Below are positions 13,401-25,951 of a stretch of DNA of 64,000 nt, one piece after another. This DNA is from Marsupella aquatica. Lineage: Eukaryota; Plantae; Marchantiophyta. Each line of letters starts with the position of its first letter. Within the stretch, counting starts at the first letter, position 1. Under the pieces are notes generated by a model. It worked only from the letters and a program-made list of their open reading frames with translations. It was not told the origin of the DNA and made no database searches. A program made the translations under genes and the position numbers. The stretch lies in NCBI GenBank assembly GCA_973895155.1, contig OZ316898.1, forward strand, positions 15,778,330 to 15,842,329, read 5' to 3'.

Positions 13401-14139
13401 AATGGCTAAGCATTGAGGTCTAAGAATTGGGTAGCGAGGATCATCAGTTATAAGTGGCGGATAACTGATATCAGTTATTAGCTTTTCCACCTTGAAATTT
13501 CTGAATCTCAGCTGAGCAGTTGAGATAGGGACTTTGCACTTTCACGCATCTCAGCTGGGGCAGTTGAGATTGGCTCAATCTCAGCTGACCTCGCCTAGAT
13601 CTGCGTAAGGACCAAAAAAACAAAAACAATAAGGCTCAATCTCAGCTGACCTTGCCGAGATCGGCGTAAGGACAAAAAAACAGAAAAAATCCAAAAAAAA
13701 ATCCAAAAACAATTCGACAAAATTCTGTGTCCGTACCTGACTATCTCGGCCACATTTTTGTTGGCGTCCTAACTTAGCGGCCTCTTTGAGATGATGTGGT
13801 GACTGATGTGACGCCAATGACATGGTCCTTATTTTGTAATCTGATTAAGTAGGTTGCTGTATGCAAGGAGTAGCTATTGATATTGCATAACAATTAGCAA
13901 GATGGCAAGAATAAGGGCAATCATGGCGTTAAGAGTAGGGAAATAAAAGCTATGTCACTGGTGGTCGACGACCATATCTCTTTCAATATGTCACCAAATC
14001 CGGATCTGTAAAGAGCATTGGAAAGATCTGGTCAAGGCGAGTAAAATCAATATAAAACACTCGAGAAACGGAGGTGTATTAAGAAAGATACGGCCTGATT
14101 AGTGTGACGGGTTAACTTGTGGTCGGAATTAGCGGATTC

Positions 14140-14530
14140 GGCTTCAGTTTCGGGTTAACCCAAGCTCGACCACGGCTTAGCTTATGTGAGCACGGCTTCA
14201 GCTTAGCTCAGGTCAGCACGGCTTCAGCTTAGCTCAGGTAAGAACGGCTTCAGCTTAGCTGAGGTCAGCGCGGCTTCAGCTTAGCTCAGGTCAGCACGGC
14301 TTCAGCTTAGCTCAGGTCAGCACAGCTTCAGCTTAGCTCAGGTCAGCGCGGCCTCAGGTTAGCATAGGTAAGCTCGGGTTCGGGCTCAGCTTAGGCTAGG
14401 TTAGCGGATAGCGGATAGCAGATAGCAGGTAGCGGCCTAACCCGAGACCACGGGTTAGCTCTACTCGATTTAGATAGGATAGCTAGGTTAGCCAAACTCG
14501 GGTTAGCTATGTAACTCGGGTTAGCGCAGC
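14140..14530 (+). repeat. Minisatellite: about seven 26-bp units CACGGCTTCAGCTTAGCTCAGGTCAG (14191-14375) within degenerate 5-mer repeats
   Basis: Units start at 14191, 14217, 14243, 14269, 14295, 14321 and 14347. Confidence 0.9.
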
Positions 14531-15446
14531 AGTGAGTACCCCCTCTCGGTTGCGGGGGCATAACTCTCTGTGTATTTGACCAAATCGGCTATAATTGACC
14601 TCGTTGGAAAGAGGAGCTCAAGCCGCTTCCAACGCCGCTATCCACGCAGCAAATGGTTGAATGGAGAAATCGGGAGAGGAGGCGCAAGCTCGCAAAAACC
14701 ATGGAGGAGGGCCGAATCCGAAGTACATAGCCAATTCGAGATAGAAATAAAGTTGCGAGTTAGGGTTCAGTAGTTAGAGATAGTGGCGGCTCTGTTAGGG
14801 CTGGGATGGGGCTCCAGCAGCGTAGTATCCACCCATTTGGGCTCAGTATGAGAGTATATAGAGCAGGCCCCGATAGAGGCAGGGGGGACACAGCAACGGG
14901 TTGCTAGGTTTGCGAGCTGGATTGTGGCTCTTTCTAGTGGGCAGCACAACTGGGTTCTTTTCCCCCGATACAGAGCCTTGGTGATAGGTGATGTATTGGT
15001 GATTGTAAACTGTGGGGAGGATTCCAATTCGATTTGTGGTGAGCACATTAGGGAGGCTGAGACATTGATTGAGGGGCAGCAGGAGGAGCATTTACAGTTC
15101 AGTCTGGCAAGACTACGTGATCCATGGGGAGTCTCGGCCTTTGTCTGGTAGAGAGCACTAAGGGATTTATGGCCAGAGCTGAGCTTGCAGGGCAAGCGTG
15201 AGGCCGGGCCTCATTGCAGTCTGGGATAGATCGTCGTTAGGCCTGGTACCAGCTTTGAAGTCGAGTCAACTATGCATGCGTAACTTGACGTTCTGAATTG
15301 GAGGTGTGAGATCTGTATGTGCCCCCAAGAATGAAGTGCAGTGAAGGAGGTTGAGTTTAGGATTGAGTTTGCAAGGCAAGTACGGGATTGGTTCGAGTCC
15401 AATCTGTCGTCGCAATCTGGAGTGAGTCGGGCTCAGGTTCAGGATT

Positions 15447-18400
15447 GAGCTTGCATGGCAAGCATGGGGCTTGCGGGGCAAGCACGTCACAATCTGGAGG
15501 AGACAGCATTCGGCCCTAGTGTTCGGATCAAGTGTTCTCAGTGAACTATTGTGCACATCTTTGAATCTAATTGAGTTTTCCTCTCAGGCCTCATTTCTCT
15601 CATGGATGTGTGTGTGTGTGAGGCAATCTGAGTGTATGATGGAACTAGCAGCGCCACTGAGAGGTGTACAGGGTGCATTGAAGCGGGTTGGGTGAGGACT
15701 GTCATAGCTCTGATTGCTGAGAGTGGAATGGCAGAGTGGTGGGGCAATGGCCTAGAAGTCCCTAAGCTGGGAATCAGTCAGGAGTCACTGGTTTATGGGT
15801 ACATTCCGGCGGCGGAATAGAAACATACCTATGACAGTAAGCATACGTACCTATGCGCACCGTAGCGCTAGGCCCTGTGTGTACGGGCCCGATATGAAGA
15901 CCCCTTCTCACCAGAACTATCATGAGCGCAGATCTGATCCCCAACCTTGGTTCCTTGGGATTGAACTTGGGTGATGTGTGATAGAGTCTTGCTATGATAG
16001 TCTGGTGTTAAGGGCATAAATTGGTGTTTACCAGCCTTCACAACATCCCTTCGTGATCCTCAGGTACAAGGAGATGGTTTTGGCACCCATAGTGACATTT
16101 TTGGTGTTAAGACCCATGTCAATCGCGTGACAACTGATATCAGGTCGACTGATGGAAAACACTGATAACTGATGATGTAGCTTTACTCTCTAAGAATGAA
16201 GTCTCAAGAATCTAAGATAGCTACGCTGTTGTGGAAGAAGAAAAGAACTGAAAAGAGATAGAAGTGAAGGAGTTCTGATCAGGCGAAGCTCTCAAATCTG
16301 CAATTTATTCAAATTCAAGAAATCAAAGAATTTGCTGATTCAATATGCCTTGATGCTTCAACTATTCTGGTTCAGATTTGGGCTACACCGTCCCTAAGCA
16401 GCTGCGCTCCTTTTGCAAGTGGAATGGAAGTAAATGGTGGCCTAATGAGTGAGCATTGATGCTCAAAGCTTGCACCTTCCTACCGGCCGCCATGGACGTC
16501 CTACCAAGAAAATTGAAGAAAAGGGCGTCGGGCCATCTTTAGGTGAGAAGGGTGGACATCCTGGACGTCCCTCACAAAGGGCTGTCCAAGCCGGTGTTGT
16601 CGGGGAAAATATTTGACGAATGAAGTGGAGTATGCTGGATCAGGTCGACTTGCTTTTAGTTCAGCTTGGAATGTATTAGTACTCTGGTTGAGAAGGGAAA
16701 GAAACAAAAACTGAGTTGGAGTTCAAAGTTAGTAAGACAAAAAAAGAATAAGGGTGAGGGATTTAGCTTAGGCTTAAAGGATTTACGGCAATTATTGTGG
16801 TTGCGACACATGGTGACCTGTGTGTGCCCGATTCATAAGGGGCAGTTTTCAAAGAGGAGGCACACGATGGAGGTTTGTGGGGAGATGAGAGTGAAACAGC
16901 CAAACGTTGGCAGAGTGTCGTGTGGTTATTGTGGGGATTTGGGAGTGAATGAAGAGGAGCGAGCTGCCGATCGTTGATACTGTTGGGGGAAGTGTTGGGG
17001 AGAGTAGAGCTCAAGGATATGGAGGTGGTGGAATTTGGGGAAATGACACTGGAAGAGAGGAGAGTTTTGATGAAGTTTGCGAGTGTGACTAGCCATAGTC
17101 GTCATTGGGGAATAGGGGGAGATTGATTGTGAAGATTTAGGGTCTATGGTGAAGGCAAAGAGAACCAGTGAGCAAGGCGAATAGACAAAGGCCAAGGAGC
17201 TCGGGACTTAGGAGACGGCCGTCGGATGTTCAAGTGAGGAGAGAGTTTAAGCAAGGTGAATGGAAAGGCAATATTGGGAGTTTCAGGAGGCTGAGTTCAG
17301 ACAGAGTTCTTCAAAGACTAAGAATTGAGACTGAGAAATTTAATGTGATAGAAGCAGGATGGGTATGGCTAGAAACGGAAGAGTGTGGGCATGAAATTTT
17401 GAATGAAGGGAGAAAAAGGAAAAAACAAAGTGTTGCTGAGTGTGGTTGTTTGGAATTGAAATTTTGGGTGAAACAAGGCGAATTGGCAGGAGACAAGGAC
17501 TGTAATGCAAGTTGAGATAACCAGAGATCAAAGCGAAGGAGGAGAAACAATGTCGATTCCCTGGGAAGATTGCGTGAAGGATTCTGAGCAAGAAAGAGAA
17601 AGAAAGGCTAAGAAACAAAGAGCGATAACAGCAAGGAGACGATCAATTGAAGTGAGAGCAAAAAGAAATGAGAAATTTTGTGTAGAAATGAAAGAAGATG
17701 ATGATTTTAGATGTGCGAAGCAGGAGCGAATGGAACGCAACTAGAGGCAAAGAATGATAAACCCTACACTGAAAGGAAATAAGGTGGAGCAGTATGAGCT
17801 TTGTGACTAATTTGAGTCTCAGAGTCTTTGATCGAGGATGCCGAGTTCATTTGGGTTGAGCAGCGGATCCGTCTGAGAAGTGAAAAATATGAGGTTTGAA
17901 CCTGAGAAATGGTGAACTGCTATTAGTGAAAATTGGATAAAGGAAGGCAAATTTTTTTGAGAAAGAGAGATAGAGTGAGATACTGAGAGTCGAGGAGTGG
18001 AGTCCGAAAGCTGTGTAAAAGAAGAGAAGTGACAAACTTTTCTTCAGAGGAAAACTATGGACTGATCATGAGAAGGAGCCTCGTTGAAGCCTAAACTTCT
18101 GTATGTGTGAGATTGAGGCTTACAAGAATCTGAGTTCTAAAGTTTTAAAGAAGAATTTGAGTGCTAAATAGATAAAGAGGATGGAGTTTTGAAAAGCTGG
18201 GCCGATAAGAAAGACAAAAGATTGATCCTGAAAAAGAGCTTGCATGGCAAGCATGGGGCTTGCGGGGCAAGCACGTCACAATCTGGAGGAGACAGCATTC
18301 GGCCCTAGTGTTCGGATCAAGTGTTCTCAGTGAACTATTGTGCACATCTTTGAATCTAATTGAGTTTTCCTCTCAGGCCTCATTTCTCTCATGGATGTGT

Positions 18401-21026
18401 GTGTGTGTGAGGCAATCTGAGTGTATGATGGAACTAGCAGCGCCACTGAGAGGTGTACAGGGTGCATTGAAGCGGGTTGGGTGAGGACTGTCATAGCTCT
18501 GATTGCTGAGAGTGGAATGGCAGAGTGGTGGGGCAATGGCCTAGAAGTCCCTAAGCTGGGAATCAGTCAGGAGTCACTGGTTTATGGGTACATTCCGGCG
18601 GCGGAATAGAAACATACCTATGACAGTAAGCATACGTACCTATGCGCACCGTAGCGCTAGGCCCTGTGTGTACGGGCCCGATATGAAGACCCCTTCTCAC
18701 CAGAACTATCATGAGCGCAGATCTGATCCCCAACCTTGGTTCCTTGGGATTGAGCTTGGGTGATGTGTGATAGAGTCTTGCTATGATAGTCTGGTGTTAA
18801 GGGCATAAATTGGTGTTTACCAGCCTTCACAACATCCCTTCGTGATCCTCAGGTACAAGGAGATGGTTTTGGCACCCGTAGTGACATTTTTGGTGTTAAG
18901 ACCCATGTCAATCGCGTGACAACTGATATCAGGTCGACTGATGGAAAACACTGATAACTGATGATGTAGCTTTACTCTCTAAGAATGAAGTCTCAAGAAT
19001 CTAAGATAGCTACGCTGTTGTGGAAGAAGAAAAGAACTGAAAAGAGATAGAAGTGAAGGAGTTCTGATCAGGCGAAGCTCTCAAATCTGCAATTTATTCA
19101 AATTCAAGAAATCAAAGAATTTGCTGATTCAATATGCCTTGATGCTTCAACTATTCTGGTTCAGATTTGGGCTACACCGTCCCTAAGCAGCTGCGCTCCT
19201 TTTGCAAGTGGAATGGAAGTAAATGGTGGCCTAATGAGTGAGCATTGATGCTCAAAGCTTGCACCTTCCTACCGGCCGCCATGGACGTCCTACCAAGAAA
19301 ATTGAAGAAAAGGGCGTCGGGCCATCTTTAGGTGAGAAGGGTGGACATCCTGGACGTCCCTCACAAAGGGCTGTCCAAGCCGGTGTTGTCGGGGAAAATA
19401 TTTGACGAATGAAGTGGAGTATGCTGGATCAGGTCGACTTGCTTTTAGTTCAGCTTGGAATGTATTAGTACTCTGGTTGAGAAGGGAAAGAAACAAAAAC
19501 TGAGTTGGAGTTCAAAGTTAGTAAGACAAAAAAAGAATAAGGGTGAGGGATTTAGCTTAGGCTTAAAGGATTTACGGCAATTATTGTGGTTGCGACACAT
19601 GGTGACCTGTGTGTGCCCGATTCATAAGGGGCAGTTTTCAAAGAGGAGGCACACGATGGAGGTTTGTGGGGAGATGAGAGTGAAACAGCCAAACGTTGGC
19701 AGAGTGTCGTGTGGTTATTGTGGGGATTTGGGAGTGAATGAAGAGGAGCGAGCTGCCGATCGTTGATACTGTTGGGGGAAGTGTTGGGGAGAGTAGAGCT
19801 CAAGGATATGGAGGTGGTGGAATTTGGGGAAATGACACTGGAAGAGAGGAGAGTTTTGATGAAGTTTGCGAGTGTGACTAGCCATAGTCGTCATTGGGGA
19901 ATAGGGGGAGATTGATTGTGAAGATTTAGGGTCTATGGTGAAGGCAAAGAGAACCAGTGAGCAAGGCGAATAGACAAAGGCCAAGGAGCTCGGGACTTAG
20001 GAGACGGCCGTCGGATGTTCAAGTGAGGAGAGAGTTTAAGCAAGGTGAATGGAAAGGCAATATTGGGAGTTTCAGGAGGCTGAGTTCAGACAGAGTTCTT
20101 CAAAGACTAAGAATTGAGACTGAGAAATTTAATGTGATAGAAGCAGGATGGGTATGGCTAGAAACGGAAGAGTGTGGGCATGAAATTTTGAATGAAGGGA
20201 GAAAAAGGAAAAAACAAAGTGTTGCTGAGTGTGGTTGTTTGGAATTGAAATTTTGGGTGAAACAAGGCGAATTGGCAGGAGACAAGGACTGTAATGCAAG
20301 TTGAGATAACCAGAGATCAAAGCGAAGGAGGAGAAACAATGTCGATTCCCTGGGAAGATTGCGTGAAGGATTCTGAGCAAGAAAGAGAAAGAAAGGCTAA
20401 GAAACAAAGAGCGATAACAGCAAGGAGACGATCAATTGAAGTGAGAGCAAAAAGAAATGAGAAATTTTGTGTAGAAATGAAAGAAGATGATGATTTTAGA
20501 TGTGCGAAGCAGGAGCGAATGGAACGCAACTAGAGGCAAAGAATGATAAACCCTACACTGAAAGGAAATAAGGTGGAGCAGTATGAGCTTTGTGACTAAT
20601 TTGAGTCTCAGAGTCTTTGATCGAGGATGCCGAGTTCATTTGGGTTGAGCAGCGGATCCGTCTGAGAAGTGAAAAATATGAGGTTTGAACCTGAGAAATG
20701 GTGAACTGCTATTAGTGAAAATTGGATAAAGGAAGGCAAATTTTTTTGAGAAAGAGAGATAGAGTGAGATACTGAGAGTCGAGGAGTGGAGTCCGAAAGC
20801 TGTGTAAAAGAAGAGAAGTGACAAACTTTTCTTCAGAGGAAAACTATGGACTGATCATGAGAAGGAGCCTCGTTGAAGCCTAAACTTCTGTATGTGTGAG
20901 ATTGAGGCTTACAAGAATCTGAGTTCTAAAGTTTTAAAGAAGAATTTGAGTGCTAAATAGATAAAGAGGATGGAGTTTTGAAAAGCTGGGCCGATAAGAA
21001 AGACAAAAGATTGATCCTGAAAAAGA
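15447..21026 (+). repeat. Near-identical 2789-bp tandem duplication (15447-18237 and 18236-21026)
   Basis: All ORFs repeat at an offset of 2789. The junction has 2-bp GA microhomology. I saw only about two substitutions (near 15964/18753 and 16089/18878). Confidence 0.95.
16595..18237 (+). mobile_element. 3'-truncated duplicate of the Ginger-like element, created by the tandem duplication
   Basis: CCGG|TGTTGTCGGGGAAAA start, same sequence as 19384 onward. Confidence 0.75.
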
Positions 21027-21919
21027 CTATGAGGTGTTGCAAAGAGGAGAAATGAGCCATTTATGAAGTTAATTAAGAGATTTCAGTTAGAAATATGGAT
21101 CACTCGGACCACTTTAGATTTGATGTTTTGGAGCTTTAGAAGTGAATTTGAAGTAAGAAAATTGTTTTCTTTTGATGAGTGAAACCCAGTGATTGGGTCA
21201 ATTTTTAGATTATGAACTGTTTGCTCCCATGGGATTTGAAGATTCTGGCCGTAGATTTTTCTTGTTGTGGGATTGAAAAGTTGAAACGAAGAGGAAAGGA
21301 GGGCTTGAAGAAGAGACCCGAGAAGTGAAGAAGAGAAATGAAGACGAAAGGGAGGCTCGTTGGCGAATGAGGCTCTGTAGCAAGTGTCTGGGCAAAACAA
21401 TTGATGACTGACCTGATGAAGTGAGACTGGCCTGAGCTGAAGTGATGTCAAACATCTAGAGTTTGAGTCCGCCAAAAGGCAATGTAACTTCAATCTTGAA
21501 AAAGAAATAAATGAATGACTTACCCATTAAAATTGATTGTAACTCTTGAATTTAAAAATGGGTTGGATGTTGAATTCAAAGTGAATGGATGAAAAGAATT
21601 AATTTTAAAAATGTTTTTCATTTGAACTAAGCATAAGGAAGTTCGTGTATTCGATTTAAAAAAACAAAGTATGAACTTAAGAAAATTCTAGAAACTTCCA
21701 ATTTAAATTATAGTAAAAATAGAGTGAAAGTAAAAGATTCTTAAAGGACCTTATGATTGGACTTTTGAAATGCTTAACTGTTAATAACTTAGATGAAACT
21801 AAGTGGCGAGGTTTGATGGAAGACAACGTGCTTGAAAGTGATTTAAACTTATGTTCAAATAAGTCCCTAAGATATTATAGAAACTAGTTTTCAGACCGCT
21901 TCAAACGGTTCCTCGGACA
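19384..21919 (+). mobile_element. Ginger-like (gypsy-integrase-related) non-autonomous DNA transposon
   Basis: Ends TGTTGTCGGGG...CCTCGGACA with a perfect 4-bp TSD CCGG (19380-19383 and 21920-21923). The 5' region is homologous to the integrase-bearing copy at 59169. Confidence 0.75.
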
Positions 21920-23099
21920 CCGGCGCTGTTGCCGTCCCGACCATCCCTTACTTGGAGCCATCCAGGCTGGCACTTTGTTGCCGTCTTGGCCATCTTTGCC
22001 TCAAGGCAGTCCAAGACGTCCCTCAATTTTTTTGAAAATGGCCTTATCTTGCTGTCGTCTTGACGTCTTGCCAATGGGTATCCAAGTCGTCCCATCTTCT
22101 AAGTTGTCTTAACTTGGAATAACTATCTTAAGAGGTCTTATAAATTCTAAAAGTTGAAAAATTTCATGAATTTGATACTTTAACTTGTTTTTAGAGATAA
22201 TCACCATTTCACAGCTGCAACCACAAAGAACTTGAACATATGTATGAGAGACTTGGCACATGACTTTGTATTGTAGAGTAAAGTTATATCATTAGTTACC
22301 AGTCATCTCCATCAGTCGACCTGATATTAGTCGTCAGGTCATCTTAGAGAGGCCGCCAAGTTGCGGAGCCGGAAAAAATGCAAAAAAAATATAATTGATT
22401 TTTCTCTCAAAATTTGATGGAGAAAAAAACTTTTTTTGAATTTTTTTCACTATGGGTGTCCGTACCATACGGATACCACATCTCGGCAAGACCAGCCAAA
22501 ATGGCCAGGTGTCTGTACGTTACGGACACCAAATTTTGATGGAATATTTTTTTGAGAATTTTTCAAAAAATAAAATAAAATAAATTCCGTTGTTTTTTGT
22601 CCGTATGCCAATCTCGGCAAGGTCAGTTGAGATGCGTGGAAGTGCAAAGGCCCCATCTCAGCTACTCAGTTGAGATTCAGAACTATCAAGGCGGAAAAAC
22701 TGGTAACTAATATCTACGGCTGATATCAGCTATCAACCACTGATAACTGATGATCCTTGCTACCCCAGTATTGCACAACACTGTGTGATGGAACCTTGGA
22801 TATAGTGAATGTATACATGTGCTATAATCCTGTTGATGAACTTAGAGGAAGTCTGCACGTGATTTTCTCATTCAACCTTTCCATATTAGCCAAGCTAATG
22901 TTGTGTGGCTATTTGTTCAGGGAGTTCATCACTGAAGGCTGCCCATCCCAGTACAGGAACAAATTTTCCAGGTTTCATGGAGTGGATCAAAGTGGCAATT
23001 AAAGAGCATCACAAGACCCATCACACATGGATACAGACCCTAAACCCTAAACCTTTACATCTTGTCTAATACGCCCCTAGCTTGAAAGTGAAGAGTTAC

Positions 23100-23520
23100 A
23101 AACGGATGAGAGCATATGGGAATCACTTTCGAGTGAAGGATGGTGAATAGTGCCTACAGGGTGCCAAATGACTATGGGCTCATCACTGTATTTCAGCAAC
23201 TGAGCCACAAGCACGGTAGGGCCTGGATGGAGATGGGATATGTGAGAGAATTAGTTGATATCTGGGCTCTGGACTATGGGGCGGTGTCCAGTCCTATGAT
23301 TCTTATGAAAGGTTCATGGGTGCGGCAGGATTGGCTTGGTAACAGGGCTACCATGAAGAGAGACAACGATGGTTTCTTGCTTGCAAATTTCATAGGAAAA
23401 TTTCCTGAATGGTTTGAGCCATTTGTCTTTCCCAGTCAGGTGGAGCAAGCTTTCTTCTTGGATGTGGAAGACTTCCCAAGTTGACATGTAAAGTATCATA
23501 ACAAGCCAAGCAATGTCGGA
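23100..23520 (+). pseudogene. CACTA/En-Spm transposase C-terminal (DUF4216-like) fragment
   Basis: GYVRELVDIWALDYG...ILMKGSWV...RDNDGFLLANF...EPFVFPSQVEQAFFLD resembles the DUF4216 consensus pattern. Confidence 0.7.
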
Positions 23521-25951
23521 TGGAAGGATCAAAACTTGAGTTTCATTTACGCTCTCATAAACTAGCTTTGATTGTCAGAGTTCAGACCAAGTGCCTGTAG
23601 TTCATGATAACGGGGACTTTATTCTTGTGACAAGGGTAAAGACATTTGCTGAAGGAGATGAATTTAGAGATGCAGATGCCGATAGTGTGCTTGTGCCCTG
23701 AGTAACGTGAATTGTTTGCATGGACAGTAGTGAGGGGAAGGATGTGTAATAAAGTAATTATCAAGCAACAAAGATATATGGATGGATGCATGGATGGATG
23801 GTGATTGTGGTTGCATTGTCTTATATAGGGTGACCATAGATGACATGTGTTTGTGGTCCAGTAGGATGGAAGAGAGTGACACAAAGATGTGCGAGTATGA
23901 AATGAAACCTATGGAACATCGAGCATACGTGAATGCCAAAGTTAGTAGCAAAACTGGAAGCCTCCCTAAAAAAGGATGTGGCTGAGTTGTAAGGGAACAA
24001 TTCTCCACAACTTGATGTTGAGTTTGTGTGACATATTATGTCTCATATTGGAATGTCGTAGATCCACAGAAAGTTCAAAGAAACAAAAGGAGTACTCAAG
24101 AAGGTGACGTACTAGCACTTTCTTTGGGCCTGTGCATCAGAGTGAAACTGGTTGAGCAAGAAGGTTGTACCTACAATGGCAAAATGTGGAGATGAGATGG
24201 ATCCTACACAGGTGGGTGCAGACACCAGACAAGAAAATTTTGATGATGAGTATTTTTCAGAGGAAATGAATGAGGATGGGGGTTATGAAGATGAACTAGC
24301 TAACATAAGGATAACTCTTAGTCTAAAGTTGCTAAAAATGATTGTTGACCTTAGATGTATCATAGTAATTGAGTGGTTTGGATTGGATTAAAGTGGAGGC
24401 CATAGAGCACCAACCATATAAAAGAGGAAGTGGAGGCTCATTTCCTCACTTGCTCATTAGTTTCTCACTTGTTTGCTTTCTTTGAGGGGTGTTACTGGTT
24501 GAGACTCAAGGAAGCAAAAGTGAGGATCAATGAGGAGTCAGAGTGTGTGGCACCTTGAGAATTATGAGTTAGTGTTTATGAAGAACTCTAGTATTGAAGA
24601 CCTTGGGTGGAGCCCAAACTTGTATTAAGTTTACTTGATATAAATCTATGTGACTTCCTTCCCTGGGCACTCTTATTCTAACTTTTGATAAAAACAATTA
24701 TGCTACTTTTTTGGAGGTTTTTATGACATGTTTTTTACAAAAAAAATTTAACAAATTTTTTACATTTTTTATAAATAGTACTTAGTGATAGAATTTTGCT
24801 TATCAAACAACGCTAGAATACATCACAAATATTTCTTGGAGAAGAAATGACGTGATTGTATGCTTTGTGGTTATTTGGCCAAGCATTAGCACACCAAGTG
24901 AAAACTTTATTTTTGTTTGAGGTTTTGAAACCAAACTTTGGTGATCAAGTGTTGTTTGATCAAGAAGGCACTGGTGTGTAGTATGGGCAAGGATTCCTAT
25001 GGCGAGTCTTGACATGAATATATGTACAAGAGACAATTGATCGATGTGGTGCGTCCCATGGCTCCCTAAACCCAAGAAACCCCTCTGCACAAGCCGATTC
25101 CCGTAGGTTTTGCTCTTGGCAAGGCCGATTTTGCGGCTTAGCGGCATGGGACGCTGCTAACTTCCTTCTACTACTATTTACTATTAACATTTTACTCACA
25201 TATACTGGATAGATCCTTCATCGGGTCATGAGATACGTAGCTGGCCTATTCTAGGCCTTCCCTTGTCCTCCTTTCTTGGTTTTCCTTTAGGTATGTTTGG
25301 ATTCCGCCGTCGGAATGATCCCCAACTGGCTTGGGTAAGCCGCTAAGACCTCTCTCAGCTCGACACATCCAACTCTTACTACCTTGCTTACTCCCTTCTT
25401 GGTTGATGTGGGCAATCTTCAAACAGGTTAATGCAACACACAAATAGCAAAATGACTCCTTCTGACTGAGTTATACCATGCACTTGCCATACAAACAGTA
25501 CTTCTCATATACAAGATCTGCGAACTAAGCCGTGAGGCCAACTCTATTCATCTCTTAGGTATGAAGAAACATGAATATACACAAGGGTCACAGTATAACT
25601 AACTAAGAACTTCTTTAACTACTTGATCCCAGCCCTGTTGGTGCACTAAAAACTTGCTAAGGAAGAAGGCCCTGAACTCCCCGCTGCCCAGGTACTTATC
25701 CTGGTAGTGGATCCGTCTAATTCCTTGCAGCGTAAGCCTAATCTACCTAACTGTAATCTACCTATGTACAGCAAGGCAGGAGCACAAGTGTTGCTCTTAC
25801 CAGTGGATCCGCAATCCCACTAAGCTAAGTGATAGGGCCGCCCCTTGGTCCTGATCCTAATTCTAAACTTGGAGATCTGAGCCCGCCCTGCCCACTCACG
25901 CCTCCTCCCTCCACGTCTGCCCTCCTTAAAAGAAGCGGCCCTCCACCACTG

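Larger units (their letters stand above)
13429..22767. mobile_element. Region bounded by long diverged inverted repeats (~13429-13790 and ~22340-22767); probable non-autonomous TIR/foldback element with nested insertions
   Basis: GGGTAGCGAGGATCATCAGTTAT...TGAATCTCAGCTGAGCAGTTGAGAT...TTTGCACTTTCACGCATCTCAGCTG matches the reverse complement of 22620-22767. No clean TSD. Confidence 0.55.

Noticed and set aside
14191-14375. 26-bp repeats as a CRISPR array
   Set aside because: They are head-to-tail with no unique spacers.
14570-16100. Short ORFs and a possible LTR
   Set aside because: No recognisable protein, and no supported TG...CA/TSD boundaries.
13420-22776. TSD for the long inverted-repeat element (AGAATTG versus AGTATTG)
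   Set aside because: It is mismatched and depends on an arbitrary choice of boundary.
23037-23056. CCCTAAA telomere-like units (also at ~56582-56599)
   Set aside because: Only 2-3 units; too short to call an interstitial telomere.
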